Shown piece after piece: positions 13,341 to 24,847 of a stretch of 64,000 nt of DNA. The stretch lies in assembly GCA_043228905.1 (NCBI GenBank), contig JBHGNT010000001.1, positions 6,510,001-6,574,000 of the forward strand, in the 5' to 3' direction. Positions within the stretch are counted from its first letter, which is position 1. Every line of letters starts with the position of its first letter. The notes below the pieces were generated by a model, which saw only the letters and a program-made list of their open reading frames with translations, was not told the origin of the DNA and ran no database searches. The stretch is from Azolla caroliniana (taxonomy: Eukaryota; Plantae; Polypodiophyta). Position numbers and translations under genes: made by a program.

Positions 13341-15229
13341 TTGTAGTGTACCCATAACTCAATGGTATATATTTTTAAGTGTGTTTAACCTTTATTATAT
13401 GTGTGCGTAGGTGTATTTCTTGTGCATACAAGCTTTTTGTTAGTCCGTCTATACATGGATCTATTTGTAGGTTGTGCGCGTGTTCCATGTACCTTCGTAT
13501 GTTAAATGCATTATAGCGTCATACTTGCTTTCTCTTAGCCTTTTTATCCCTCTTGACTTTTTCATTCATTTCTTTTCAACAAGGTCCCACATATATCATT
13601 GTCTGTCTAAGCTTATAAATTTCATGCTCTCTCATTCTTTTGTAATGTACCTATTGTTAACCCGAATACATTGATGTTTAAACATCATCGCAAATGTAGG
13701 GTTGAATAAGTCCCTTCAGTCTTTGCTAGTCTCTCTCCTTCTTGTATTTATTAAACAACATGAACAAATAATAAGGTAAAGTGACCATTTCTACTGATGT
13801 TGATCGAATAGAAATGTTCCAATAACCTAATGTGCATATATGATGAATCACCACCAAACAAGCAATCATCAACTCTTATGAGAAATGATCATACGAGCGT
13901 GGTAACATAAACTACCATGGAAACAAACCTTTCAATCATTTGATTTGAACCAACATCATGTTCCCCATCAATTATGAGGAAAGCATTTTTTGTTCTCCAC
14001 TCTTGCCATCATTTGTGAATATTAAGAAAATCAAATGCAAACTTGTGATTAAGACATTGAAACGATGTTCTCTTATCCATGAACACCCTTCAATTGGGTC
14101 AATTTGATTTTGTTCATGACGTCGAAACAACACAAGTAAATTATCATGTGTTGAGCAATTACAGAATATGAATTTTTTCCTTCATTGAATTTTATAAGTT
14201 CGAAAAAAATAAAGGCTCCCTTTCACGTTACAAGACCATCGCCCATTTGTTATTACTGCGTAATAAAGCGTAGTTCACCACAAATTATGCAATTACTATG
14301 TTTCTTATCTACATTTGGCCTATTATCAATATTCTACATTGGAAATACTAAGCCATTTAGGATTGTTATGACTAAAGCACATTACTTTAACACTCCCATC
14401 TAAATGAGTAGAAGAAATTCAAAAATGGGTCAATCAATTGGAGTTGCCCATGAAATTTATGTGTAGCTACACATGAAGATGTATACTGTGAACCAAATTA
14501 GAGTCAAGAACAAACAATAATGATCTACATCACCATTAGGTGACTCGTGACTACAATAATGCCTAACCCCACATATCTATTGCCATATTTCATAATCTAG
14601 ATGTTGTATATGCTCTAGATGCATTTAAATGATTCTACATTCTGTCCCACCGATAATTCTATCTCCTTGCCAAGGTCATAATATTAAACTAGACCATCAA
14701 CTACCTTCTAGTAGGAGAGCTTGTTTATCATGCTTATGGCAACTAACGATAATGTTAATTACTTCAGTTATGGCAACGATAATGTTGAATTTGTTATCTT
14801 GAACATTCCAGGTGGTAAATATTTTAAAAAGTCTGTGTTTGGAATATTGTTTCGATTAATGCTTTATGGGTGTGGTGGAAGTGTCAGTGCAACAAGAAAT
14901 ATGAAGGTATCGAGTATAATGTGGTGGATATGATCAAGATGTTTTGGGACAACTTGGTACACATAGTTAAGGGAGAGTATGATGATATTAAAGGAATAGC
15001 AGAAAAGGTGCATAAGAAAAGAAGGAAAATTCGTCAAATATGGTGACCAATACCTCTATGGTTGAATGGGACACATGAATTATATGCCACCACGATGGTT
15101 GTTTCCTTCGCCTAGTCCTTTCTTATTTCATTCTTAAGTTGGGATGGAATATACTTCCTTCACATAAGAACATAACTTTTTGACATGTTTCAATGTGTAG
15201 TTGATTGACTACAATGTATCATTTCTGGG

Positions 15230-15960
15230 CAGTTATCTTAGACAAATGTTGATGGTGGATGAAGCATTTCTTAGTACTAGAGACTTAGAAATAATGAGGG
15301 TGTTTATGGATCGTCTTTGGTTGGGAAGTCATCCATATATTTGAAAAACAAATAATTATATTCTTTGTTGGAGAAGGATGTTGCTATGGCAGGACGAAGC
15401 ATTGTTGTGGAGTGATGGGGAGGTTATTTATATATTTCTATTATAACGTAATTTGTAGTGTTTGATACTTTTTGGCAGGTTTTATTACATACCAATGGAC
15501 TATGACGCAGTGTCGTTGGGCAATTACCATGGACAAATGTTGATGGTGGATGAAGCAATTACTAATACTATTAGACTAGACGGTGAGTGGATGTTGCTTT
15601 GGGAAGAGGAAGCATTTGTTGTGGAGTGATGGGGAGGTTATTTATATATTTCTATTATAACGTAATTTGTAGTGTTTGATACTTTTTGGCAGGTTTTATT
15701 ACGTACCTAATGGACTATGACGCAATATCGTTGGGTAGTTACCATGGACAGATGTTGATGGTGGATGAAGTAATTACTATTACTATTAGACTGGACAATG
15801 AGTGGATGTTGCTTTGGGAGGAGGAAGCATTTCTATGGAGTGACATGGAGGTTTATTTTATATATTTTTTATTATAACTTACTTCGTATTGGTTGACAAT
15901 TTTTCTTGTGTACTTGATGGAGGGTGGTGGATGAAGCATTTACTACAACTATTACATTGG
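15230..15960. repeat. ~215-bp tandem repeat, about 3 copies
   Basis: atgttgct(a/t)tgg...gaagcatt...tggagtga at about 15378, 15591 and 15807; tgttgatggtggatgaag also recurs. Confidence 0.85.
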
Positions 15961-16032
15961 ATATTGAGGGGGTTAAAGGATTGACTTTGCTTGGGGAAGT
16001 CATCGGTAGACTTGAAGAACATGTAATAATTT

Positions 16033-16590
16033 GGGGAGTGACAAGGAGGCTAGATTATGTTTCATTTGCTTTTCAAATTTGGGGAGTGGTTTTCTCATTC
16101 TTCTGGGGAGGATGAGTGGAGACAAACTGTCAAAAGGTGTTGTATTAGGATGTATACGTTTGGTAGCAGGTCTTAGGTGTTGCTGACTATGAGAAGGTTG
16201 AAGGAGGATTGTGTCTCAAGATGCGGCTACTTTGTGTACGTTGAATGGGAAAATAGAGGAGTGGTTTGGCTTTGCTTAGGGAAGTCATCCTTATGGGAAA
16301 ATCTTTTTAGTTTCCATTTGTGGCAGAGATGGATGGTGTTAAAGTATGTTGAAGCAGTTCTAGGGAGTGACTGAGAGGCGAGATTAGTTTCATTTACTTT
16401 TCAAATTTGGGGAGTGGTTTTCTCATTCTTCTAGGGAGGATGAGTGGAGACAAACTGTCAAAAGGTGTTGTATTAGGATGTATACATTTGGTAGCAGGTC
16501 TTATGTGTTGCTGACTATGAGCAGGTTGATGAAGGATTGTGTCTCAAGATGCAACTACTTTGTGTACATTGAATGTGGAAACTAGAGGAG
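16033..16590. repeat. ~329-bp tandem duplication
   Basis: ggggagtgac...ttttcaaatttggggagtggttttctcattc...gtgtctcaagatgc at about 16033-16260 and 16362-16590. Confidence 0.9.
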
Positions 16591-16906
16591 GATTGGTCAT
16601 TGTTCTTCAAATCTTGCACTGAAGATGTGGTTTTCATGACCTAAGATAATTTAAGGCTTTAAAAGACATGGTCATCGTTCATGAGTGATTCAGTTTGTTT
16701 CAAAAGATGGTTTTGGATGGATTCAAACCAAACGAAGTCATACGTTGTCGCGGTATTCCGCAGGTATATGTCGAAACGGGGCAGGGGGCGGGACCACCAG
16801 GGTCTTGAACCAGAGAGAGACAGAGGAGGAACGATCGAGTTTCACCAGTACCAGTTACGCCAGCTGAGGCATTGACAGGGGTGTTTCCGGATACACATTG
16901 GAAGCA

Positions 16907-16946
<40 letters not shown>

Positions 16947-16957
<11 letters not shown>

Positions 16958-17502
16958 ATTGGAGGATTGCCTTTGGGACTAACTCTAAAGCGTCATGGAT
17001 TAGCAACGGGTAATTGTTTCTTTTGCACTGTTCAAATGGGAGATAGTACTCATCGATTTATACAATGTTTGATTGCTTGTCTGATTTGGAGTTACATTTC
17101 TCAAATTTGGCAAGTTTTATCACGGTGTTATTTGACACCTAGACAATGGGTGTTTGCACAATTTACACAAGTTGACCCAAACTTAGAGATGGAGATCATT
17201 TTTCTATTTCTGAGATATTGGGGATTGCATCATAATTGGAATATGTGCAATGCGTTTGTATTCGAAGGTAGACATGGAGTGAAAGCATATCTACAAAAGC
17301 TGAAGGGAGGGTTAATGTGAAGATTTTCTTTATTGGAGCAAGTGGAAATTCTTTCCTCGGTGGAGTGTTCGTCTTGCCTATTGGCAATTCAACATGTTCC
17401 ACTACCCATGTAGTGTAGTTAGTGGGTGACCATACTCCATTGTCACACCTATTGTAAGTAGTGTTTTTTACACACATTTATTAATATAATTGTGTGTTTT
17501 CA

Positions 17503-17506
<4 letters not shown>
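16947..17506 (+). mobile_element. 5'-truncated L1/Tx1-like LINE 3' end, copy 2, embedded in a (GA)n tract
   Basis: Near-identical to 725-1268 and encodes the zf-RVT finger (GNCFFCTVQMGDSTHRFIQC). Flanked by (GA)n at 16910-16952 and 17506-17561. Confidence 0.88.
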
Positions 17507-17562
<56 letters not shown>

Positions 17563-17565
17563 ACA

Positions 17566-18006
17566 TGCGCAACGATCTTATTCGACACACGCTTCCTATG
17601 TATAGAGACCAAAAGAGGGAGAAACACACACGACACCAACAGACATGGTATATGCACAATGTCATATAAATGTATACACAATATATAATAGCAACAAGTT
17701 ACAAAACTGGCTCCGAGCTGGACTACGACAAACCGGGTACAACGAATACTAGCAAGCCACCAGTCGGGGAGCTCACGGGCTCGTCGTCGCGAGTGGAGGC
17801 CTTGCATAGTATCTGAGGTAGAGATCAGAACCTTCAAAGCATACAAGCTCGAGACAAACTCAAAGAAAACCCTAAAACCCTAAATATCAAAACAAAACCC
17901 CAAACTCTGAACATCAGAGAAACAAAACACAGAAACCAAAAAAGGGGAACCCCTTTACAAGGGACCCCTCCCTCCTTTTATAGCCCAAGGAGAGAGGTAC
18001 GTTACA
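17566..18006 (-). mobile_element. Probable LTR fragment / solo-LTR-like segment
   Basis: Minus strand begins TGTAAC, has TATA-like ctataaaaagg, then tagggttttagggtttt and a GC-richer tract, and ends ..gttgcgca. No matching TSD found, so the boundaries are uncertain. Confidence 0.4.
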
Positions 18007-18858
18007 ATGTGGGACAAATATTCCGCTTTTTCAAAGGAGATATCTTGCCATGATTTCTGGAGCGATGATTGGGAAGTGCATTTAATCCTTTCACTTTCAC
18101 ACTCCACTATGTATGCAAGTGTGCTTTATGGCACTTTTGTTTCTATATATATTTTTGAATGTACAAAGTGCACACGATGCACTTCGCCAAATTAACCCGA
18201 TCCTTTGGGTTTTCTCGTTGTGGCCGGAAATCTTCACGACAACGCATATGCATCCGCAACTCATACACTGATGGTTCTATCATGGATGTGTAGGTGAATT
18301 GGACAAAGTAATGGAAGTGGCTAGAAGGATGCCATATGGCCCTCATCTTGTGTGTTTTGAAACTATGAGCAAAGAGGTATGTTGAGTAGGACTACCAACT
18401 AGAAAAGTAGTCTCTTGGATTGCATTGATTATTGAATATGTTGAGTATTGTTATGTTGAAGAGGTTCAATATATATGGTGAACCAAGAAAGTTCTAAGCT
18501 ATTTTGAAAATATGCAACGCCAACACATTTTCTTGTATGCTGAAATTTTGTAACTTGATTTGATCTATAAACAAGGGAAGAGACAAATCTTGGCAATGCA
18601 TTACTTTATATATATTCTAAATGTGGTTTATTTGCGAGGGGAAGGAAGCAAAGCTAAAATTTATTTCAAGAGGATGCAGTGTAATCACTTCTTGCCAAAT
18701 ACAACCACCTCCATTTGCATATTCAAGGCTTGTTCAAGCATAGAGGCTTTACATAGAGGAAAAACACAGAAAGCGCTCAAGGGGCTTCCGGATCGGGTTG
18801 TGGCTTCTAAGAAAGCACTAATTTCAGGATATTACCAGTATAGATTTGGCCATGCAGC

Positions 18859-20748
18859 TGTCACAGACACATCGGTCATGGACTCAGACAGAACACAGAT
18901 GATAAGGCTACGAGGAACTTAGGAAGCTAGGAACAACATAAGAAAATGAAGGCATAAATGTAGATCAAGGAGACAAGATGGGGCGAAATGAGATTACTAG
19001 ATTGATGTGTCAATGACTAACGTTGAATCCCTTGAAAGGAACCAAGGAGGTTACAAGTATTTATACAAGTTTTGAGATTGAGTATCTCTAGAATATACTT
19101 GTCTAAAATACACCATAGAATATTTTGAGAATACATTAAAGGCTCTAGAATATTCTGGAATGTATATGTAATAGAATATACAATTACATGCTCATATCCG
19201 AATGGTTGAGCATGACGTCTTGTAGATGTGAGGTTGCAAGTTCAATCATCACTAACTACATATTTGACGTCACTGTGTCGTGACATTATCCTCCCTTTAC
19301 ACCCGCCTTTTCGAAAGAGTGGTGTAGGGGTGGACGGGAATTGGAGCATTGACGGGCGTGAGGAACCATATGTTATCCTCACTGGAGACTTGAACACCAA
19401 CGAATGTGAGTGCCCATGTGTGGTTCTCATCGGAGATTGGAACACGGATGGCCGTGAGCGACCATATACGGTCCTCACTGAAGATTGGAACCCCGACGAG
19501 TGTGAGCGACCATGTATGGCCCTCACTGAAGACTAGATCACAAACAAATGTGAGTGACCACGTGCGGTCCTCTTCGGGAACATGAAAGGGCATGAGCGAC
19601 CATGTTGCCCACTAGAACACGAACGGGGGTGAGCGACCATGCGGTCCTCACCGAAAACTGGAAGAACAACAAGAGAAGGAGTGCAGGTGAAGGGGTCGAC
19701 TCGACTTCTTTTATCATGAGAGGGTAAATAGTCGAGGTTGACCCAAAATACGGCACAAACAATACAACTAGCGAGAAATCAACATGATCCCCACTAGGAA
19801 AGTGAGTGGTTGTGACCCTCACTGAAAGTAGATGGTGAATGATTGAAATTGATCCTCATCAAAAGAAAGTGGAGCAAAATGTAGACCAATATGAAAAATG
19901 GAGTGCAAGTGAGTAATGATTCGATCCCCACCAGGAAAGTGAGCAGTTGTAACCCCCACTGGAACTGAGAAGGTGAGCAACCAAAAGCGATCCTCGCCAA
20001 AGGAAAGTGGAGTGCAAGCGACCAATAATTTGATCCCCACCAGGAAAGTGGGTGGGTGTGACCCTCATATGAACCGGGAAGGTGAGCGATCGAAAGCAAT
20101 TCTCACCAAAATCATGATGCAAAATGATACCTATAAATGATAACAAGTAGTGTTGATTACGATGAAGGTTGGGCGAAGAAGTGCTGAAAAAGATGATGTC
20201 GAAGACTAGGATGTTGATGATAGTAACTCTAGAAGCAAGGACGGTGATGATAGTAACTCTAGAAGCAAGGACGGTGATGATGGTAACTCTAGAAGCAAAG
20301 GCGATAACGAAGAGGGGTGATGCTTCCAATTGGAAGGGATTCAAACTGTCACAGACACACCAACTTGCATATAATGGTTTAATATTCTAGTCTAGCATAT
20401 AGTACATTTCAGAATCAGAATATTCTAGTCGTTAGTATATTCTAGAAATATTGTACAACATATTCTAGAGATATTCAATCTCAGAACATGTATAAATACG
20501 TGTAACCTCCTTGGTCCCTTTCAGGGGATTCAACACCAGTCATTGACACATCAATCTAATATTCTCGTTTCATTCGATCTTGTCTCCTTCTTCGTCTTCG
20601 CCTTCATGCTCTCGATAGCTTCCTAAGTTCATAGTCTCATCACACACAACTTTTGGAGTTCCTAGCCTCATCAATTCTAGTTCCATGTTCATAGCCTTAT
20701 CGATCGTAGCATTGTCATCCATAGTCTGTAGTTGGTGTGTCCATGACA
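18859..20748. mobile_element. Non-autonomous LTR-derived element with two related LTRs in inverted orientation (LTR-A 18859-19285, LTR-B 20347-20748)
   Basis: Each LTR is TGTCA...TGACA bounded. About 18960-19095 is the reverse complement of about 20460-20590. A PPT (gtaaagggaggataa on minus) abuts LTR-A. Flanks are gcagc/acaac, and removing the insert plus one 5-mer restores the PPR reading frame. Confidence 0.8.
19330..20300. repeat. Three tandem arrays inside the LTR element (~60-bp, ~115-bp and 30-bp units)
   Basis: gtgagcgaccat..gtcctcactgaagac x5-6 (19330-19655); gatccccac(c/t)aggaaagtg x3 (about 19785, 19923, 20032); gatgat(a/g)gtaactctagaagcaa x3 (20215-20300). Confidence 0.9.
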
Positions 20749-20865
20749 ACAACATTAAATCTTTTTGAACAAATGGAAAATGATGGTCTTTCTCTGGATG
20801 TAATCACCTTTGTAAGTTTGCTAAAGGCATGTGGCAGTGTATGAGTGGTTGATAGGCATAGAAAG

Positions 20866-21225
20866 CATAGTTGTTAAAAAACGCGTATTTTATGTTTAGA
20901 GTACGTTTTAGAATACTCTGAAGTATTCTACACGTATTCTAAAAAATTGACATATTCTACATATTCTAAAAATTTGACGTATTCTACGTATTTAACAAGT
21001 ATTTATCATTTCAAAAAATATATTTCTTTTTTTTGAAAAAAAAAAACTTTAAATTTTAAGAAGTATTTAACGTATTTTACAAGTATTCTACACATATTCT
21101 AAGTCTTCTAAACGTATTCTAAGTATTTAACGTACTTTATCTATAAAATACGTATTCTAAGTCTTTAAAAAAAGAAGTTAGAATACTTAGAATACGTATT
21201 TTATGCCAAGTATTTTACAACAATG
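20866..21225. mobile_element. hAT-superfamily MITE, 360 bp
   Basis: Perfect 8-bp TSD atagaaag at 20858-20865 and 21226-21233. Imperfect TIRs catagttgttaaaa / ttttacaacaatg. AT-rich interior with many (c/a)gtatt(c/t)ta subterminal motifs. Confidence 0.88.
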
Positions 21226-24200
21226 ATAGAAAGTCGCAATGAAATCATGAGTAAGAGGTTGTTAGAAGACAATATTGAGCTTGGGAATGCTTTGGCGGAC
21301 ATGTATGCTATATGTGGCAAGCTTGAAAAAACACAAAAAATAGTCAATGATATTTCAGTTCGAGCTGTGGTCTCTTGGAATGCTTTGATATCGGGATATG
21401 CTGCAAAGGGTCATGCTGAAAAAGCACTAGATTCTTTAAAGCAAACGTAACTTGAGCGTCAAATGTTGCCGGATGTGGTACAATGTTGTTAATGTTGGCA
21501 TTTGCTGAACAATAATTGAGGCTCACGAGCTTTTTAATGAATTATTGCTTATTGGAGATGTGGTACAAGGGAATGCCATGTTATTGGGCTATATTGAGCA
21601 TGATAAGAATGAGGATGCTATACAATTTTATCCTCAATGCTTGTGCAAGGTTTCCTCTTACCTAATATGATAACATCTTCTGCTATGTTGAAAGCATGTG
21701 GCAACAAGGGAGATTTGGTTTTACATACTAAAATGAAATTAGATTTTGTGATGGATGGAAGAATTGCGGCATAGATTGGCTTCAATAGTTGCACAATCTC
21801 TACGGGAAGCATAGTGTTGTAGCTAATGTACCTTTTTTTTAAACTAATGGAAGGATATTTTGTTTTGAAAAAACGATGTTAATTACTCGAGTCGAACTTC
21901 AACTCGCTCTCAATGAGTTAAACTTGACTAAGAATGTCACGTAACCTAAGGACTTGATTGACATACATAAACCATGAAGAGAAAATAGAATATGCATAAG
22001 GGAATAAATATGCTTCAACTAGTCAATAGTTAGCAATGCAATCCTATAATATTCATGCAAGGCTTAGACTAACAAACATAGCAATGACCTTATGATAAGA
22101 CGAAGAGAGTGGTAGAAGACCTTTAGTCCATAGAATGAAAAGTGAAGAAGTTGAGCATAGCCAAGATATTTACTTTTATACATCCTTTGTAATGAATTGC
22201 TTTTTGTATTTGTCCCATTTCACACTAGAGACATGAACATTTTCTACGCTTGTCACTACCCTCTCTCTTTACACATTATATCTCAAACATGTATACCAAT
22301 TGCCGATGCCAATGGAAAGGTTCCAAGAGTACTTACCCCCCCCCCCCCCCCCCAACACACACACACACAAAAAGAAAAAACCTAAAAGACTCCTCACTCT
22401 TGGATCACCACTTCACAAATCTTTAACTATGGCCGAGTTGTAAGGAATCAAAACAAGTCTACATGGACAATGAGGAAAGGGAAGAGCACGGGTCATCATA
22501 GTAAAAAAACATACTAATAGGGTGGTTGGTTGTTAGTGTTGGAGAAAATTGAGAGGTTGAACCGGAGAATGTCGAGAAGCAAAAAGGGCACTTGTTGCAT
22601 GGTAATGGTATTGAAAAATCCCTTATATAATAAATTGATCATGCAAACTCTTCAAAATTTGGGCCCATATATCGATTACATGATTCCACCTTGAACGAAG
22701 ATAATTGATAAAGTCCATAAACTGAGGCCTACAATAAAATTACTCATAAGTCTTACTTTCATAGGAATCCCCTCCCATGTACTTGAGCATGGAAAATACT
22801 AAGGACAACAATACCTTGATACTGCGTTGAGAGTAATGTCAAGGATAATTTGAAATTACCCAAAGTTCAAGCTCAATATTACATGCGATCATTTCATACT
22901 AACATAACTTTATCAAATGTAGGCATGTGCTATATTTTGTATGTAAGATTCAAGTTGCACTACTTTTGAGTTCAATTTCAAAATCTAGAAGAAAAATGAC
23001 AACCAACTATTTGATGGAATCAAACATTGATCAATTTTGTCGAATGTAGTGCCACAACTTACAAGTCCGCATACACACACATTAAATTGCTCCTCACATC
23101 CACACTCTCATCCTCTCTATCTTTGCGAAAACATTGTGTATGTCAAAACAAAACAACAATACATAAAACCCTCGTGGCCCCTATGATAGTAAGGCGGGAG
23201 TAACGTGGATCAAATGGTCTACTAAACCCTCAAAGGTAGTATATGACAAAGCATCATAAAAGGTAACTTCTCAAAATAGTAGGGTGATTGTAGAGCTTAG
23301 TTGTGATAAATCTCAAATCAAGTTCCCTTTTAACCAATGTACTTTTCGTAGTATTGCATCGAGACCGTTGAATAATGATTTATTTCTCATGCTCGGATTT
23401 TACTATTGAACCCATGACCTAAAGTAGTCAATCACCACCTTGCACGTTGGGAGGATAAAGTTTATGCTCTTAGAGCAAATATCCAACAACTAAAAGGGTG
23501 ACAACAATTGCCAATTTGACAAAGCCTAAAGTTGTAACATAACCACCCCAATGGCTTTAGCATTTGGCCATGCATGGATTTAGTGTTAACATCCTCCTCA
23601 ATTAGTGTAAATAGAAAACTTATCCCATAAGAAAACATGACAACATTTTGAAGCCACCACCAACAAGGGCAACCCCCTCATCATCTTCACTGCCTCGCTC
23701 GCGCCTGTGCACAAATACACAATGCATGAACAACAATGTTATTCTATTAATTGATAATTCTTGATACATCTAACCTACATTGGACGTTCCTAGGAGGCTT
23801 AAATAGTGTTATATTCAAATGGTATTTTGTCATCTATCACTGGGATACCTCTTAGTACATGATCCTGTAGAGAATCAAACTCAACTTCCCTCGTGTGGGA
23901 ACACACCTTAGGAATATCTAAGTGTGTGAACATCCCACCACTTTGTATCATAACTAATGTGTTATAGAAGTCAAGTCTTATCACACATAGTTATTGGGTA
24001 GTTAAGGCTCCACCTCCTTCCCAAAAGGTGGTTGTAGTGAGAGACTCCTCTTCATTGCTTTTTGTATACCTTGTGTTTCTCTCTATCGTAATTAGCTTAC
24101 TCAGTGAGGTGGTTGTAGGCTCCTCTTTGTTGCTTTCTGTATACCTTGTGTTTCTTTCTCTCTCTCTCTCTCTATATATATATCATAATTAGCTTACCCA

Positions 24201-24317
24201 ATGAAGTGGTTGTAGTGAGAGTTACCAGTAAGTTGTTACACTACAAGCACCACGTCTTGGGTCTGAAACCCAACACATACATATCTCTTATTTCACTACA
24301 TGCCACTGTATTGGAAT

Positions 24318-24369
24318 ATAGGGGTTGAACCCATGACCTCCTAGTCTCCATTGGACAACCTTACCAACT

Positions 24370-24375
<6 letters not shown>
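24318..24375 (-). mobile_element. tRNA-derived SINE-like head (Pol III A/B boxes)
   Basis: Minus strand reads agttagttggtaagg...gaggtcatgggttcaacccc (A-box-like, then B-box GGTTCAA). A related aggtcatgggttcaa motif occurs on minus at about 23406-23420. No full cloverleaf. Confidence 0.5.
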
Positions 24376-24407
<32 letters not shown>

Positions 24408-24847
24408 CACACACATTTTTTCCATTACACAAAATCACAATCAATTCTTTATAGATCCCCATAAATCAAACTAGAGATTCTTCCATCGTGGGTTCTTTTA
24501 ATGCTACCTCGTTTGTCCTTGAGTACATCCTCTTTCATCCCATCCCAATACCACGAATTACAACTATGTGTGCATGTCCTCATTCACACATACATTCATT
24601 AGCTTAGCTAATTCATTTGGTTCCCACAAATGGGTTGTGAATGCGATCATGACATATATGCAAGGGCAAGAATCGATACATGTCTTGATTCACGTGTCGA
24701 TGAATGATAGGGTAGAGAAGAGAGTTGGCGACCGTAGACAAAATGCGATGAGGTTCCTCCTGTTCTTATGAAGGGCAAGATGAAGAGATGTATGCGGTGG
24801 TTGCCGTCCCTTCTTCTTGGTTGGGTGGGTGAGGCAAGAAGGTTCAC

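Larger units (their letters stand above)
18010..21810 (+). pseudogene. PLS-class pentatricopeptide repeat (PPR) pseudogene interrupted by two insertions
   Basis: PPR motifs in several frames: VVSWIALIIEYVEY (about 18405); FLPNTTTSICIFKACSSIEALHRG; ALISGYYQYRFGHA|ALNLFEQMENDGLSLDVITFVSLLKACGS (across the 18859-20748 insert); LGNALADMYAICGKLE...VVSWNALISGYAAKGHAEKAL (21223-21450); WNAMLLGY-like at about 21570. Many stops and frameshifts. Confidence 0.88.

Noticed and set aside
12126-13410. Many overlapping ORFs (acidic 126-aa ORF, poly-F, YIHT and MYVC repeats)
   Set aside because: These are translations of GAA, GAT and TATG microsatellites in the SIZ1 leader, with no domain-like content.
19330-19655. 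CRISPR-like appearance of the ~60-bp repeat array
   Set aside because: The whole unit is repeated with gradual divergence and no unique spacers; there are no cas genes and the context is a eukaryotic TE.
19228-20390. ORFs of 70-160 aa inside the LTR element
   Set aside because: They arise from the tandem repeats; no gag, RT or integrase motifs.
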